Shown: one piece after another, positions 44,658 through 52,446 of the stretch
Position numbering within the stretch: position 1 is the stretch's first letter
How the letters are laid out: each line of letters begins with the position of its first letter
Assembly (NCBI GenBank): GCA_964425605.1
Contig: CAYRNR010000028.1
Span: 2,069 to 66,068, forward strand
Length of the DNA stretch: 64,000 nt
From: an uncultured Rickettsiales bacterium
GTDB taxonomy: Bacteria > Myxococcota_A > UBA796 > UBA9615 > CAYRNR01
Direction of reading: 5' to 3'
Notes under the pieces: generated by a model
The model's database searches: none
The model's input: the letters and a program-made list of their open reading frames with translations, nothing else
Told to the model about the DNA's origin: nothing
Translations under genes and position numbers: made by a program

Positions 44658-47432
44658 ATGAGACACCTCCTCGCCCTGCTCGCCCTCTTCTGCGCCCTCT
44701 CCCTGGTGGCGTGCCCGTCCGGAGACGACGACGATTCGACCGTTGGCGACGACGACGACGCCACCGCGGACGACGACGACGACGACACCACGGCGAACAC
44801 GACGCCCATCGTCCTGGAGGTCGCGCACGAGCCCCTGGACCTGACCGAGCTGGCGGTGGAGGCCATCGAGCTGGCGCCGGACTGGCTGCAGGACGACCTG
44901 GCGGTGGCGTTCGACGCGCACGGGACGACGGACCAGGACGATCTGGCGATGCTGATCGTGGACGAGGAGGACCTGTACCTCATCGACGAGATCGCATTCG
45001 CCATCGCCCACACGAGCCCGGAGGTGCTGTCGTACGGCGCGTTCTACCCGGAGCTGCTGACGATCAACGCGGAGCTGATCTACGCGTACGACCCGCTGCT
45101 GGAGTTCGTGCAGCTCGAGGACGTGGGGGAGCCGGGCGTGGACGCGGACTACTACACGACCACCACGTATCGCATCGAGGACGAGTCGGGGAACGTGGTG
45201 GAGAAGACGGTGGATCGGGACATCTACTACTGGTACGTGGTGCACCCGCGGCTGGAGGACGAGTGGCCCCTGTTCATCGACGGGTGGGCCAGCGCGAACG
45301 CCTCGAGCCCGGAGAACGGCTGGTTCTGGCGGGAGTTCCTGTGGGACGCGGCCGCCGAGGAGTGCCCCGAGGACAAGACGTGCTACCTGCTGCAGGATTA
45401 CTTCGAGGGCATCGACGTGGTCTGGAAGTCCAAGGCGGAGACGCGCACGGACAACGGGGCCATCGGCGAGCTCATCCAGTTCGTGTGGGACACCATCGAC
45501 TTCGGCGCGGGCGACGAGCGGCCGGTGCAGCCGGTGCGCATCTACACGGTGGAGCGGGGCAACTGCGGCGAGCACGCGGACCTGAGCTCCGCGGCGGCGC
45601 GCACGGTGCTGATCCCGTGCCGCAACGTGGGCGCGCGATCCAATGATCACACCTGGGACGAGTTCTGGGACGACCGCTGGATCGCCTGGGAGCCCATCGG
45701 CACCCACGTGGACTACTTCGGCTACTACAAGGGCGGCGTGGGCCGCGACGGCGAGGACGACAACTGCGACGGGCTGGCCGACGACGGGCTGAGCACCGAC
45801 GACGCGGACGGCGACGGCTTCTCCCCCGCCGCGTTCGACTGCGACGACAACGACGCGGACGTGTTCCCCGGCGCCACGGAGGTCCACAACGGCTACGACG
45901 ACGACTGCGACGGTGTGGCCGATCCGGGCATGTCCGAGGCCGACCTGGACGCGGACGGCGACGGCTTCTCCATCAGCACCGGCGACTGCGACGACATGGA
46001 CGCCGACGCCTACCCCGGCGCCGAGGAGGTGGTCGACGGTGTGGACGACGACTGCGACGGCATCGCCGACGACGGGCTGGACGAGACCGACGCGGACGCG
46101 GACGGGTTCACCATCGCGGCCGGCGACTGCGACGACAACGACGCGTCGCGCTACCCGGGCGCCGCGGAGAGCTCCAACGCGGTGGACGACAACTGCGACG
46201 GCGTGGCCGACGACGGGTTCCTGGATCCCCACCTCGACCGCGACGGCGACGGCTTCACCGTGGCCGACGGCGACTGCAACGACTGGGTGGAGACCAGCTA
46301 CCCGGGTGCCGCCGAGATCGAGAACCGGATCGACGACGACTGCGACGGGACCGCCGACTCGGGCGTGGACCTCGACGACCTCGACGGGGACGGGTACGAG
46401 ATCATCTTCGGCGACTGCGACGACACCAACGCCGACGTGTACCCCGGCGCGCCGGAGCTCTCCAACGGCTACGACGACAACTGCGACGGGGCCGCCGACG
46501 AGGGGCTGCAGGGCCACGACCACGACGGGGACGGCTGGACCATCGAGGACGGCGACTGCGACGACCTCGACGCGGGCCGCCACCCGGACGCCCAGGACCC
46601 GTCGCTGTCGTCCAACCGGCTGTACGCGATGACCGGAGCGCGCGGCGACACCTACATCACCACCGACATGACCGACAACTACGTCACCAACCCTTCGTAT
46701 CTCGAGTTCGAGGTCACCGACTCCCAGGGCCGGCCCGTGGACGGCGCCGTGGTGGTGATCTACGGCACCTGGGCCGTGTACGGCTACCCCGACAGCTGGG
46801 CGTGGGCCGCAGAGCTGATCACCGACCTGGACGGGTACGCGTTCAGCACCGTGGGCGAGTTCAACCCCTACGGCTACGCCGTGTACTCGGAGATCGGCGA
46901 CGATCCCGGGGGCGATTCGCTGTACGTGGGCGTGGAGCAGACCGAGGCATTCGAGACCTACTCGATCCCCACGGCCCTGAACCAGTCCATGCCCGCCGAG
47001 CCCGCCGCCAGCGAGGTGAGCCCGGGCGACGCGGAGATGACGGTGGAGTTCACCTTTGCCGTGGAGAGCCACCGCATCGGCGTGGACGGCTCGTACCTGG
47101 GCACCATGTCCCTGGAGGGCGACGGCGGGCACGTCGCGGCCTACGTCATGGACGCGGCCAACTACAACCTGTACCGCGACGGCGAGGACTTCGAGGCGGT
47201 GGTCATCGAGACGGGCTCCGACGGCGGCACGTTCAGCGCCGATCTGCCCCGCGACAAGACCTGGGCGGTGGTGCTGTCCAACAAGTCCGTGACCTCGACC
47301 ACCATGATCGGCTCGGTGGAGGTGTCGGTGACGCCCGCCGGGGGCGTGGTGTGGGACGAAGAGGTCGCGCCCCTGGCGATGCGCTTCCAGATCCCGCCGG
47401 ACGAGTTCCTGGCCTTCTCCCTGGACGACTGA
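44658..47432 (+). CDS. Lipoprotein: poly-Asp tether, transglutaminase-like core, six MopE-type putative metal-binding repeats, C-terminal beta-rich domains
   Basis: Lipobox LVAC|PSGDDDD. The transglutaminase-like Cys/His/Asp triad is in ERGNCGEHADLSSAAARTVLIPCRNVG...NDHTWDEFWDD. Repeats have the form D.DGDG[FWY]....DCDD.......PGA.E..N..DD[DN]CDG. Confidence 0.7.
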   Translation: MRHLLALLALFCALSLVACPSGDDDDSTVGDDDDATADDDDDDTTANTTPIVLEVAHEPLDLTELAVEAIELAPDWLQDDLAVAFDAHGTTDQDDLAMLIVDEEDLYLIDEIAFAIAHTSPEVLSYGAFYPELLTINAELIYAYDPLLEFVQLEDVGEPGVDADYYTTTTYRIEDESGNVVEKTVDRDIYYWYVVHPRLEDEWPLFIDGWASANASSPENGWFWREFLWDAAAEECPEDKTCYLLQDYFEGIDVVWKSKAETRTDNGAIGELIQFVWDTIDFGAGDERPVQPVRIYTVERGNCGEHADLSSAAARTVLIPCRNVGARSNDHTWDEFWDDRWIAWEPIGTHVDYFGYYKGGVGRDGEDDNCDGLADDGLSTDDADGDGFSPAAFDCDDNDADVFPGATEVHNGYDDDCDGVADPGMSEADLDADGDGFSISTGDCDDMDADAYPGAEEVVDGVDDDCDGIADDGLDETDADADGFTIAAGDCDDNDASRYPGAAESSNAVDDNCDGVADDGFLDPHLDRDGDGFTVADGDCNDWVETSYPGAAEIENRIDDDCDGTADSGVDLDDLDGDGYEIIFGDCDDTNADVYPGAPELSNGYDDNCDGAADEGLQGHDHDGDGWTIEDGDCDDLDAGRHPDAQDPSLSSNRLYAMTGARGDTYITTDMTDNYVTNPSYLEFEVTDSQGRPVDGAVVVIYGTWAVYGYPDSWAWAAELITDLDGYAFSTVGEFNPYGYAVYSEIGDDPGGDSLYVGVEQTEAFETYSIPTALNQSMPAEPAASEVSPGDAEMTVEFTFAVESHRIGVDGSYLGTMSLEGDGGHVAAYVMDAANYNLYRDGEDFEAVVIETGSDGGTFSADLPRDKTWAVVLSNKSVTSTTMIGSVEVSVTPAGGVVWDEEVAPLAMRFQIPPDEFLAFSLDD
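44724..44786 (+). repeat. GAC-rich (poly-Asp) coding tract after the lipobox
   Basis: Encodes DDDDSTVGDDDDATADDDDDD. Confidence 0.9.
45748..46601 (+). repeat. Six tandem ~47-49-codon coding repeats (putative metal-binding motif family)
   Basis: Repeat cores in order: DDNCDG...DGDGFSPAAFDCDDNDADVFPGA; DDDCDG...DGDGFSISTGDCDDMDADAYPGA; DDDCDG...DADGFTIAAGDCDDNDASRYPGA; DDNCDG...DGDGFTVADGDCNDWVETSYPGA; DDDCDG...DGDGYEIIFGDCDDTNADVYPGA; DDNCDG...DGDGWTIEDGDCDDLDAGRHPDA. Confidence 0.85.
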
Positions 47433-47501
47433 GGCCGTCCACCCGACCGCAGCACCCCACTTCCTCACACGTGTACGCGCGTGCTCTTACACCGCGCGTG
47501 C

Positions 47502-47529
47502 TTGACACCGGGCGCTGCGCGGCTATGGT
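47502..47529 (+). promoter_or_regulatory. Candidate sigma70-type promoter for the radical SAM gene
   Basis: TTGACA (47502-47507), 16-bp spacer, TATGGT (47524-47529), ending 39 nt before ATG 47568. A 10-mer CGCGCGTGCT is directly repeated at 47476-47485 and 47493-47502. Confidence 0.4.
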
Positions 47530-47567
47530 GAGCACCACCGCGTGACGCGGTTCGGAGCACACCCGCG

Positions 47568-49016
47568 ATGAACGTACTGCTGGTCTACCCGATCACCCCT
47601 GCGAACTTCGACATCTTCGGAATCCAGCAGGGGATCGCCTCGGTCTCTGCCGTCCTCAAGCAGGACGGCCACGACACCCGTCTGTACGCCCACTACGAGT
47701 ACCACGAGGATGAGCTGGACGCGGCCGTGGCCGAGTTCAAGCCCGATCTGGTCGGGTTCTACGTCACCTACCCGCAGTCCGACCTGTCCATGCGCATGGC
47801 CGCCCGCTTCCACCGCACCCACGGCCTGCGGGTGATCTTCGGCGGCGTGTGGCCCACCACCCGCGGTGACGACGCCATCGCGTGCCCCGACATCATCGGC
47901 ATCTGCCGCGGCGAGGCCGAGGCGTCGTTCCGCAAGCTGGTCAACAAGATGGCCGCGGGCGAGGACTACACCCGGCTGCGCGGCTTCTGGTTCCGCAAGG
48001 GCGACAAGATCGTGCGCAACCAGGCGGCGAGCTACGTCCACAACCTGGACAAGCTGCCCAAGCCCGACCGCACCATCTTCGTGGGTCAGCCCCACATGGC
48101 CCAGCTGCCGTACTGGGAGTTCATCGGCCAGCGCGGCTGCCCCGTGGGCTGCACCAACTGCTTCCACCACGCGTGGATGCGCAACCTCAAGGGCGACACG
48201 AACTACGTTCGGTTCAAGAGCCCCGAGTACCTCGAGGACGAGATCCGCCACACCATCGCGAACTTCCCGCTGAAGGTGGATCCCTGCATCGGCTTCCACG
48301 ATCCCACCTTCACCCTGGATCGCGAGTGGGCGCTGCAGGTCTGCGCCATCCTCAAGGACATCGGCGTGCCGTGGTGGTGCAACACCCGCGCCTCGCACAT
48401 GGATCAGGAGCTGGCCTTCATCATGAAGGACGCCGGCTGCTTCGAGATCCACATCGGCATCGAGTCGGGCGACCCCTGGATCCGCAACAACGTGCTCAAG
48501 AAGGACGTGCAGGACCAGGAGATCATCGACGCGTTCCGCCAGTGCAAGGAAGCCGGCATGCTCACCTTCGGCTTCAACATGCTGGGCATCCCGTACGAGA
48601 CCGAGGAGTCCATGCGCAAGACCGTCGAGCTGAATCGCAAGATCCTGCCCGACACGGTCTTCTGCTCGGTGTTCAACCCCTTCCCCGGCACCGACCTGTA
48701 CGACCTGGTGATGGAGAAGGGCTGGATGTCGGACCGCAAGGTCAGATCCTACTTCGAGCACACCACGGTGCTGGACCAGCCCTCGGTGGACGCGAAGACC
48801 GTGGCCCACTACCACAAGTTCTTCCGGCTGATGGTCCGCCACCCCAAGGTCGCGGCCGCCCTGAGACCGCTAGACAAGGTCTCCATCAACGGCTCGTCGA
48901 CCCTCTACGACGGGCTCGACGGTGTCTTCGGGCAGTCGTCGCTGTGGCGCAAGCAGATCATCAAGAAGATGCCGCAGTCCACCAAGGACCGGATCAAGCA
49001 GGTGCTGCGCTGGTAG
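47568..49016 (+). CDS. B12-binding-domain radical SAM protein
   Basis: The N-terminal part is a B12-binding-like Rossmann region (MNVLLVYPITP...DLVGFYV). The radical-SAM cluster motif is GCPVGCTNC. Also IGIESGD. Confidence 0.8.
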   Translation: MNVLLVYPITPANFDIFGIQQGIASVSAVLKQDGHDTRLYAHYEYHEDELDAAVAEFKPDLVGFYVTYPQSDLSMRMAARFHRTHGLRVIFGGVWPTTRGDDAIACPDIIGICRGEAEASFRKLVNKMAAGEDYTRLRGFWFRKGDKIVRNQAASYVHNLDKLPKPDRTIFVGQPHMAQLPYWEFIGQRGCPVGCTNCFHHAWMRNLKGDTNYVRFKSPEYLEDEIRHTIANFPLKVDPCIGFHDPTFTLDREWALQVCAILKDIGVPWWCNTRASHMDQELAFIMKDAGCFEIHIGIESGDPWIRNNVLKKDVQDQEIIDAFRQCKEAGMLTFGFNMLGIPYETEESMRKTVELNRKILPDTVFCSVFNPFPGTDLYDLVMEKGWMSDRKVRSYFEHTTVLDQPSVDAKTVAHYHKFFRLMVRHPKVAAALRPLDKVSINGSSTLYDGLDGVFGQSSLWRKQIIKKMPQSTKDRIKQVLRW

Positions 49017-49023
49017 GTGCGGG

Positions 49024-51273
49024 CTAGAACGTCACCTGCAGGGTGAACGGCCCGAACCCCCCGCCGAAGGCATCCACGACGATGTAGTAGGTCGCGTCCG
49101 CTGGAGCGGTGAACACCAGCAGCTCGTGCTCGTAGTTCTCCGCGTCGGCGCCGGCGAGGCAGTTGTCGTCGGGGAACTCGGCGTCGTCGCTGACGTAGAT
49201 CACGGCGTCCGGGCCCGAGTCGTACTCGAGATCCAGCTCGAGCTCCTGGCCGGTGGTCAGCTCGACGGCATAGACGCCGTCGTAGCCCGACGCCGAGAAC
49301 CCGGTGCAGCTGGCCGGGTCCTGGTAGTCGTCGTCCAGCAGCGCGGTGTCTCCCTGCAGCGTGATCGACTCGGGGAGCAGCGGCGCGTCCACGGCGAGAT
49401 CGGCGGCCTGGACGCCCACGACGAAGGGGATGGACAGGGCGCGCTGGTGCCCATCCGCGTCCACCGCCAGATCCAGGATGTACCGGCCGTTGGCGGGCGC
49501 GGCGACGTCCACCTCGACACTGAACGGAGGATTGCCCAGGGCGTTCTCCCCCACGGCCACGGCGCCGAAGTCCCCGGCGTCCTGGGTCACGACCACGTCG
49601 GCGTCGGCGCTGGAGAGCACGCCGGTGACCGCAGCAGCGTCGACGTTGCCGGCGTTGGCCAGGTCGATGACCATTCGCCAGCGCTCGTCGGGATCGACGA
49701 ACTCGTCGCCGTTGCCCTCTTGCTCGAGCAGGGTGGACACCAGCACCACCATGTACGGGGCCTGGGACGCCTCCAGCAGGCCCAGGTCCTCGGTGATCTC
49801 GGGATCGTCGGGCACCTGGTCGGCGTACCAGCCCGACGCGTCGTAGCACACGAGGTAGAGGTGGGCCACGACTAGGTCGCCCAGGTCCTGCAGGGGCACG
49901 CGGAACAGCACGTGGCTGTCCCCGGCCTCGTACTCGAACTCCGTGGGGCTGCCGGTCTGGGTCCAGCTGCCGCTGGCGAAGGTGTAGGTCCCACCGGAGA
50001 AGGCGCCCGCATCCTCGTCCACGGTGGACACGGCGTGGTCGTAGGCGCCGTCGCGGTCCACGTCCAGGAAGGCGTACAGGGACTGGTCCGCGTCGTGGGG
50101 CGTGTGGCTGGTCACCACCATCAGGAGATCGTCGCCGGCCACGGTCACGTACACGCGCGCAGGATCGAAGGTCGCGGCCAGATCCGCGGGATCCGTCAGC
50201 ACCTCGTCCATGGCCACCGCGTAGGGGCCGAAATCCAGCGACCAGCTGTTGCCGTCGTCGTCGCCCACCGCCAGGTCGAAGGCGAGCAGCTGCCCGGCTT
50301 CGGCGGCCGCGTCCACGGTGATCTGGAAGGTGGCGTCGCCGTCCGCGGACGTGTCGCGCTCGATGGGATCGCCGCCGTTGAAGGTGACGGTGTCCACGGT
50401 GACGACCGCGGCCGCGGTGGCGGCGGACGAAGGCGTCAGCACCGCGGTCACGCCAGCGCCGCTGGCCGTGTAGCCCGTGTTGGCCAGCGCCACGGTCACG
50501 TCCACGGTCTCGCCGGGATCGATCACCCCGTCCCCGTTCCCCGACACCGCGTCGTCCACGGTCACCGTGGCCAGCTCGAGCTCGGGCACCTCCTGAAGGA
50601 CGATCAGCGCGTGGATGTCGTACTCGAACGCCCCGTCCGGGGCCTCGTCGAGGTACCCCTCGTACAGGTCCACGCCGGTCCAGGTCTCCAGGGACAGCTC
50701 CGCCTCGAACCCCAGGTCCACGAGATCGATGCCCATCACGATGGCGTCGGCGCCGTCGCCGGAGAGACACATGGAGGCCGGGCGAGCCACGGGCTCGGCC
50801 CAGTCGTTGGAGCTGGACCACAGCTGCAGCGGCCCCGGGTTGGGGATCTGGTTGTCGTAGGTGAGGGTGTAGTGGGTCGCGCCGTCGCTGAGGTACATGT
50901 CCACCATCAGCAGCGGATCGGCCAGATCGAAGTCGGTCCAGCTCGACGAGCGGAGGTAGAGCTGGTCCCCGTCCACCTGGACCTGGTACGCCTCGATGTC
51001 CAGCGGGTAGTCGCCCGCGTCCCCTTCCGGATCCGGCTCCTCGAGCAGATCCGTCCAGTCACCAGCGGCCTCGCACGGGGGGAGGACGGTGTCGTCGTCG
51101 TCGCCCGGCGTGGTGTCGTCGTCGTCGTCCGCTGGGGTGTCGTCGTCGCCGGCCGGCGTGGAGTCGTCGTCGCTGCCGTCGTCGGGGCAACCGAGCAGCA
51201 GCCCGGTCATCGCCCACAGCGTCAGGGCGAGCAGTGGGCCGGCCAGGGTTCCGATCTCGTGGGTTCCGCGCAT
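49024..51273 (-). CDS. Acidic lipoprotein with poly-Asp tether and C-terminal pre-peptidase (PPC)-like domain
   Basis: Track ORF 49024..51345, with start at MRGTHEIGTLAGPLLALTLWAMTGLLLGC|PDDGSDDD. The C-terminus is ...ATYYIVVDAFGGGFGPFTLQVTF. Confidence 0.6.
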   Translation of the reverse strand: MRGTHEIGTLAGPLLALTLWAMTGLLLGCPDDGSDDDSTPAGDDDTPADDDDDTTPGDDDDTVLPPCEAAGDWTDLLEEPDPEGDAGDYPLDIEAYQVQVDGDQLYLRSSSWTDFDLADPLLMVDMYLSDGATHYTLTYDNQIPNPGPLQLWSSSNDWAEPVARPASMCLSGDGADAIVMGIDLVDLGFEAELSLETWTGVDLYEGYLDEAPDGAFEYDIHALIVLQEVPELELATVTVDDAVSGNGDGVIDPGETVDVTVALANTGYTASGAGVTAVLTPSSAATAAAVVTVDTVTFNGGDPIERDTSADGDATFQITVDAAAEAGQLLAFDLAVGDDDGNSWSLDFGPYAVAMDEVLTDPADLAATFDPARVYVTVAGDDLLMVVTSHTPHDADQSLYAFLDVDRDGAYDHAVSTVDEDAGAFSGGTYTFASGSWTQTGSPTEFEYEAGDSHVLFRVPLQDLGDLVVAHLYLVCYDASGWYADQVPDDPEITEDLGLLEASQAPYMVVLVSTLLEQEGNGDEFVDPDERWRMVIDLANAGNVDAAAVTGVLSSADADVVVTQDAGDFGAVAVGENALGNPPFSVEVDVAAPANGRYILDLAVDADGHQRALSIPFVVGVQAADLAVDAPLLPESITLQGDTALLDDDYQDPASCTGFSASGYDGVYAVELTTGQELELDLEYDSGPDAVIYVSDDAEFPDDNCLAGADAENYEHELLVFTAPADATYYIVVDAFGGGFGPFTLQVTF
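51091..51183 (-). repeat. GTC-rich (poly-Asp on minus strand) coding tract after the lipobox
   Basis: Encodes DDGSDDDSTPAGDDDTPADDDDDTTPGDDDD. Confidence 0.9.
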
Positions 51274-51350
51274 GTGCTCCCTCGCTCCCGGCAGCATAAC
51301 ACTCGTTCCGGCCCCATGGGCTGGACCGCGCCGCTGTGCTAGCATGTCCC

Positions 51351-51370
51351 GACCACGCGCGCGCGTGGTC
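51351..51370. promoter_or_regulatory. Perfect 20-bp palindrome in a divergent intergenic region (candidate operator)
   Basis: GACCACGCGCGCGCGTGGTC. The central 14 nt alternate pyrimidine/purine. It lies about 10 nt downstream of TGcTAGCAT (an extended -10-like element at 51337-51345) and 57 nt upstream of ATG 51427. Confidence 0.4.
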
Positions 51371-51426
51371 TTTCAACCCAAGTACTCAGGTCGCTCACCG
51401 CGACGTCAGCAAGCGAGGGCAGGGCA

Positions 51427-52446
51427 GTGGCAGGAATGGACTTCGGCAAAGAAACCCGGCTGGCGATGAAACCCATCAAGCAGAAGAAGCGGCGGTACTA
51501 CGCCATCGTCTTCTTCCTGGTGATCGCCATCGTCGGCGGCATGGTCGGGTACGTGAAGTACAACCAGTACAAGCGGGACAAGGGCTTCAACGACGCCATG
51601 GCGCTCATGGAGGCCGGCCTCGACAAGGGCGACTACGCCAGCTTGAGCGCGGCGGAGAAGGCCATCGCCGTGGAGGCCGCGCGCAACAACCCGCGCGTGG
51701 AGGCCGTGGCCCACACCGTGCTGCTGCGCGCGCTGCTGTGGAAGATGTTCACCGGCGAGGCCGTGCTGCTGAGCGAGTGCCGCAAGTTCGTGGCGTTCCT
51801 CAAGGAGCCGCTGGTGGACGACACGGGCAAGGAGTTCGACAGCCCCTACAAGGACGAGCCCATGACCGCGGTGGCCGACGCCGTGGTCAAGGCGATCAAT
51901 CCCGAACAGGACGGCGACATCGAGGCCGCCCGCGCGTTCCTCAACGGCATGGACGCGTCCATGCTGCCGCCGGGTGAGAAGGAGTACTGGCTCGCCATCA
52001 CCCACTGGTCCGCCGGTGAGTGGGTGCCCGCCGAGGCGATGATGAAGCGCGCCGTGGGCGCCGCCGACACGCCGCACCACCGCTTCGGGCTCGCCCGCGT
52101 GCTGCAGATGGGCGGCAAGCAGGCCGAGGCCATCGAGGAGTACAACAAGGTGCTCGGGGCCAACCCGGACCACCTGGCCGCGCAGGCCTACCTGCTGCTG
52201 CTGCAGCTGGACCCCTCCCAGGACATGGCCGCCCCCATCGAGGCGTTCTTCACCAGCCACGCCGGCACCGTGCCGGCGCGCATCGCGTCGGACCTCACCC
52301 TCGTGATGGCCCACGCGTACTGCGTCAAGGGTGAAGAGGACCGCGCGCGGCGCGTGATCCAGCAGGCCAAGGTCAACGACCCCGGCTACAAGCTATTGCT
52401 GGACTGGCAGCCGCCGGCGCCGCCCGAGCCCGAAGAAGAGAAGTAG
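51427..52446 (+). CDS. Membrane-anchored TPR-like protein
   Basis: Basic N-terminus, then TM helix YYAIVFFLVIAIVGGMVGYV, then helical repeat-like segments (AEAIEEYNKVLGANPDHLAAQAYLLLL). Confidence 0.5.
   Translation: MAGMDFGKETRLAMKPIKQKKRRYYAIVFFLVIAIVGGMVGYVKYNQYKRDKGFNDAMALMEAGLDKGDYASLSAAEKAIAVEAARNNPRVEAVAHTVLLRALLWKMFTGEAVLLSECRKFVAFLKEPLVDDTGKEFDSPYKDEPMTAVADAVVKAINPEQDGDIEAARAFLNGMDASMLPPGEKEYWLAITHWSAGEWVPAEAMMKRAVGAADTPHHRFGLARVLQMGGKQAEAIEEYNKVLGANPDHLAAQAYLLLLQLDPSQDMAAPIEAFFTSHAGTVPARIASDLTLVMAHAYCVKGEEDRARRVIQQAKVNDPGYKLLLDWQPPAPPEPEEEK

Noticed and set aside
45748-46601. Periodic DNA repeats (the six ~145-bp units here, and the GAC tracts elsewhere) considered as a possible CRISPR or other non-coding array.
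   Set aside because: All lie inside long ORFs with clear protein-level repeat logic. There is no repeat-spacer architecture and there are no cas genes.
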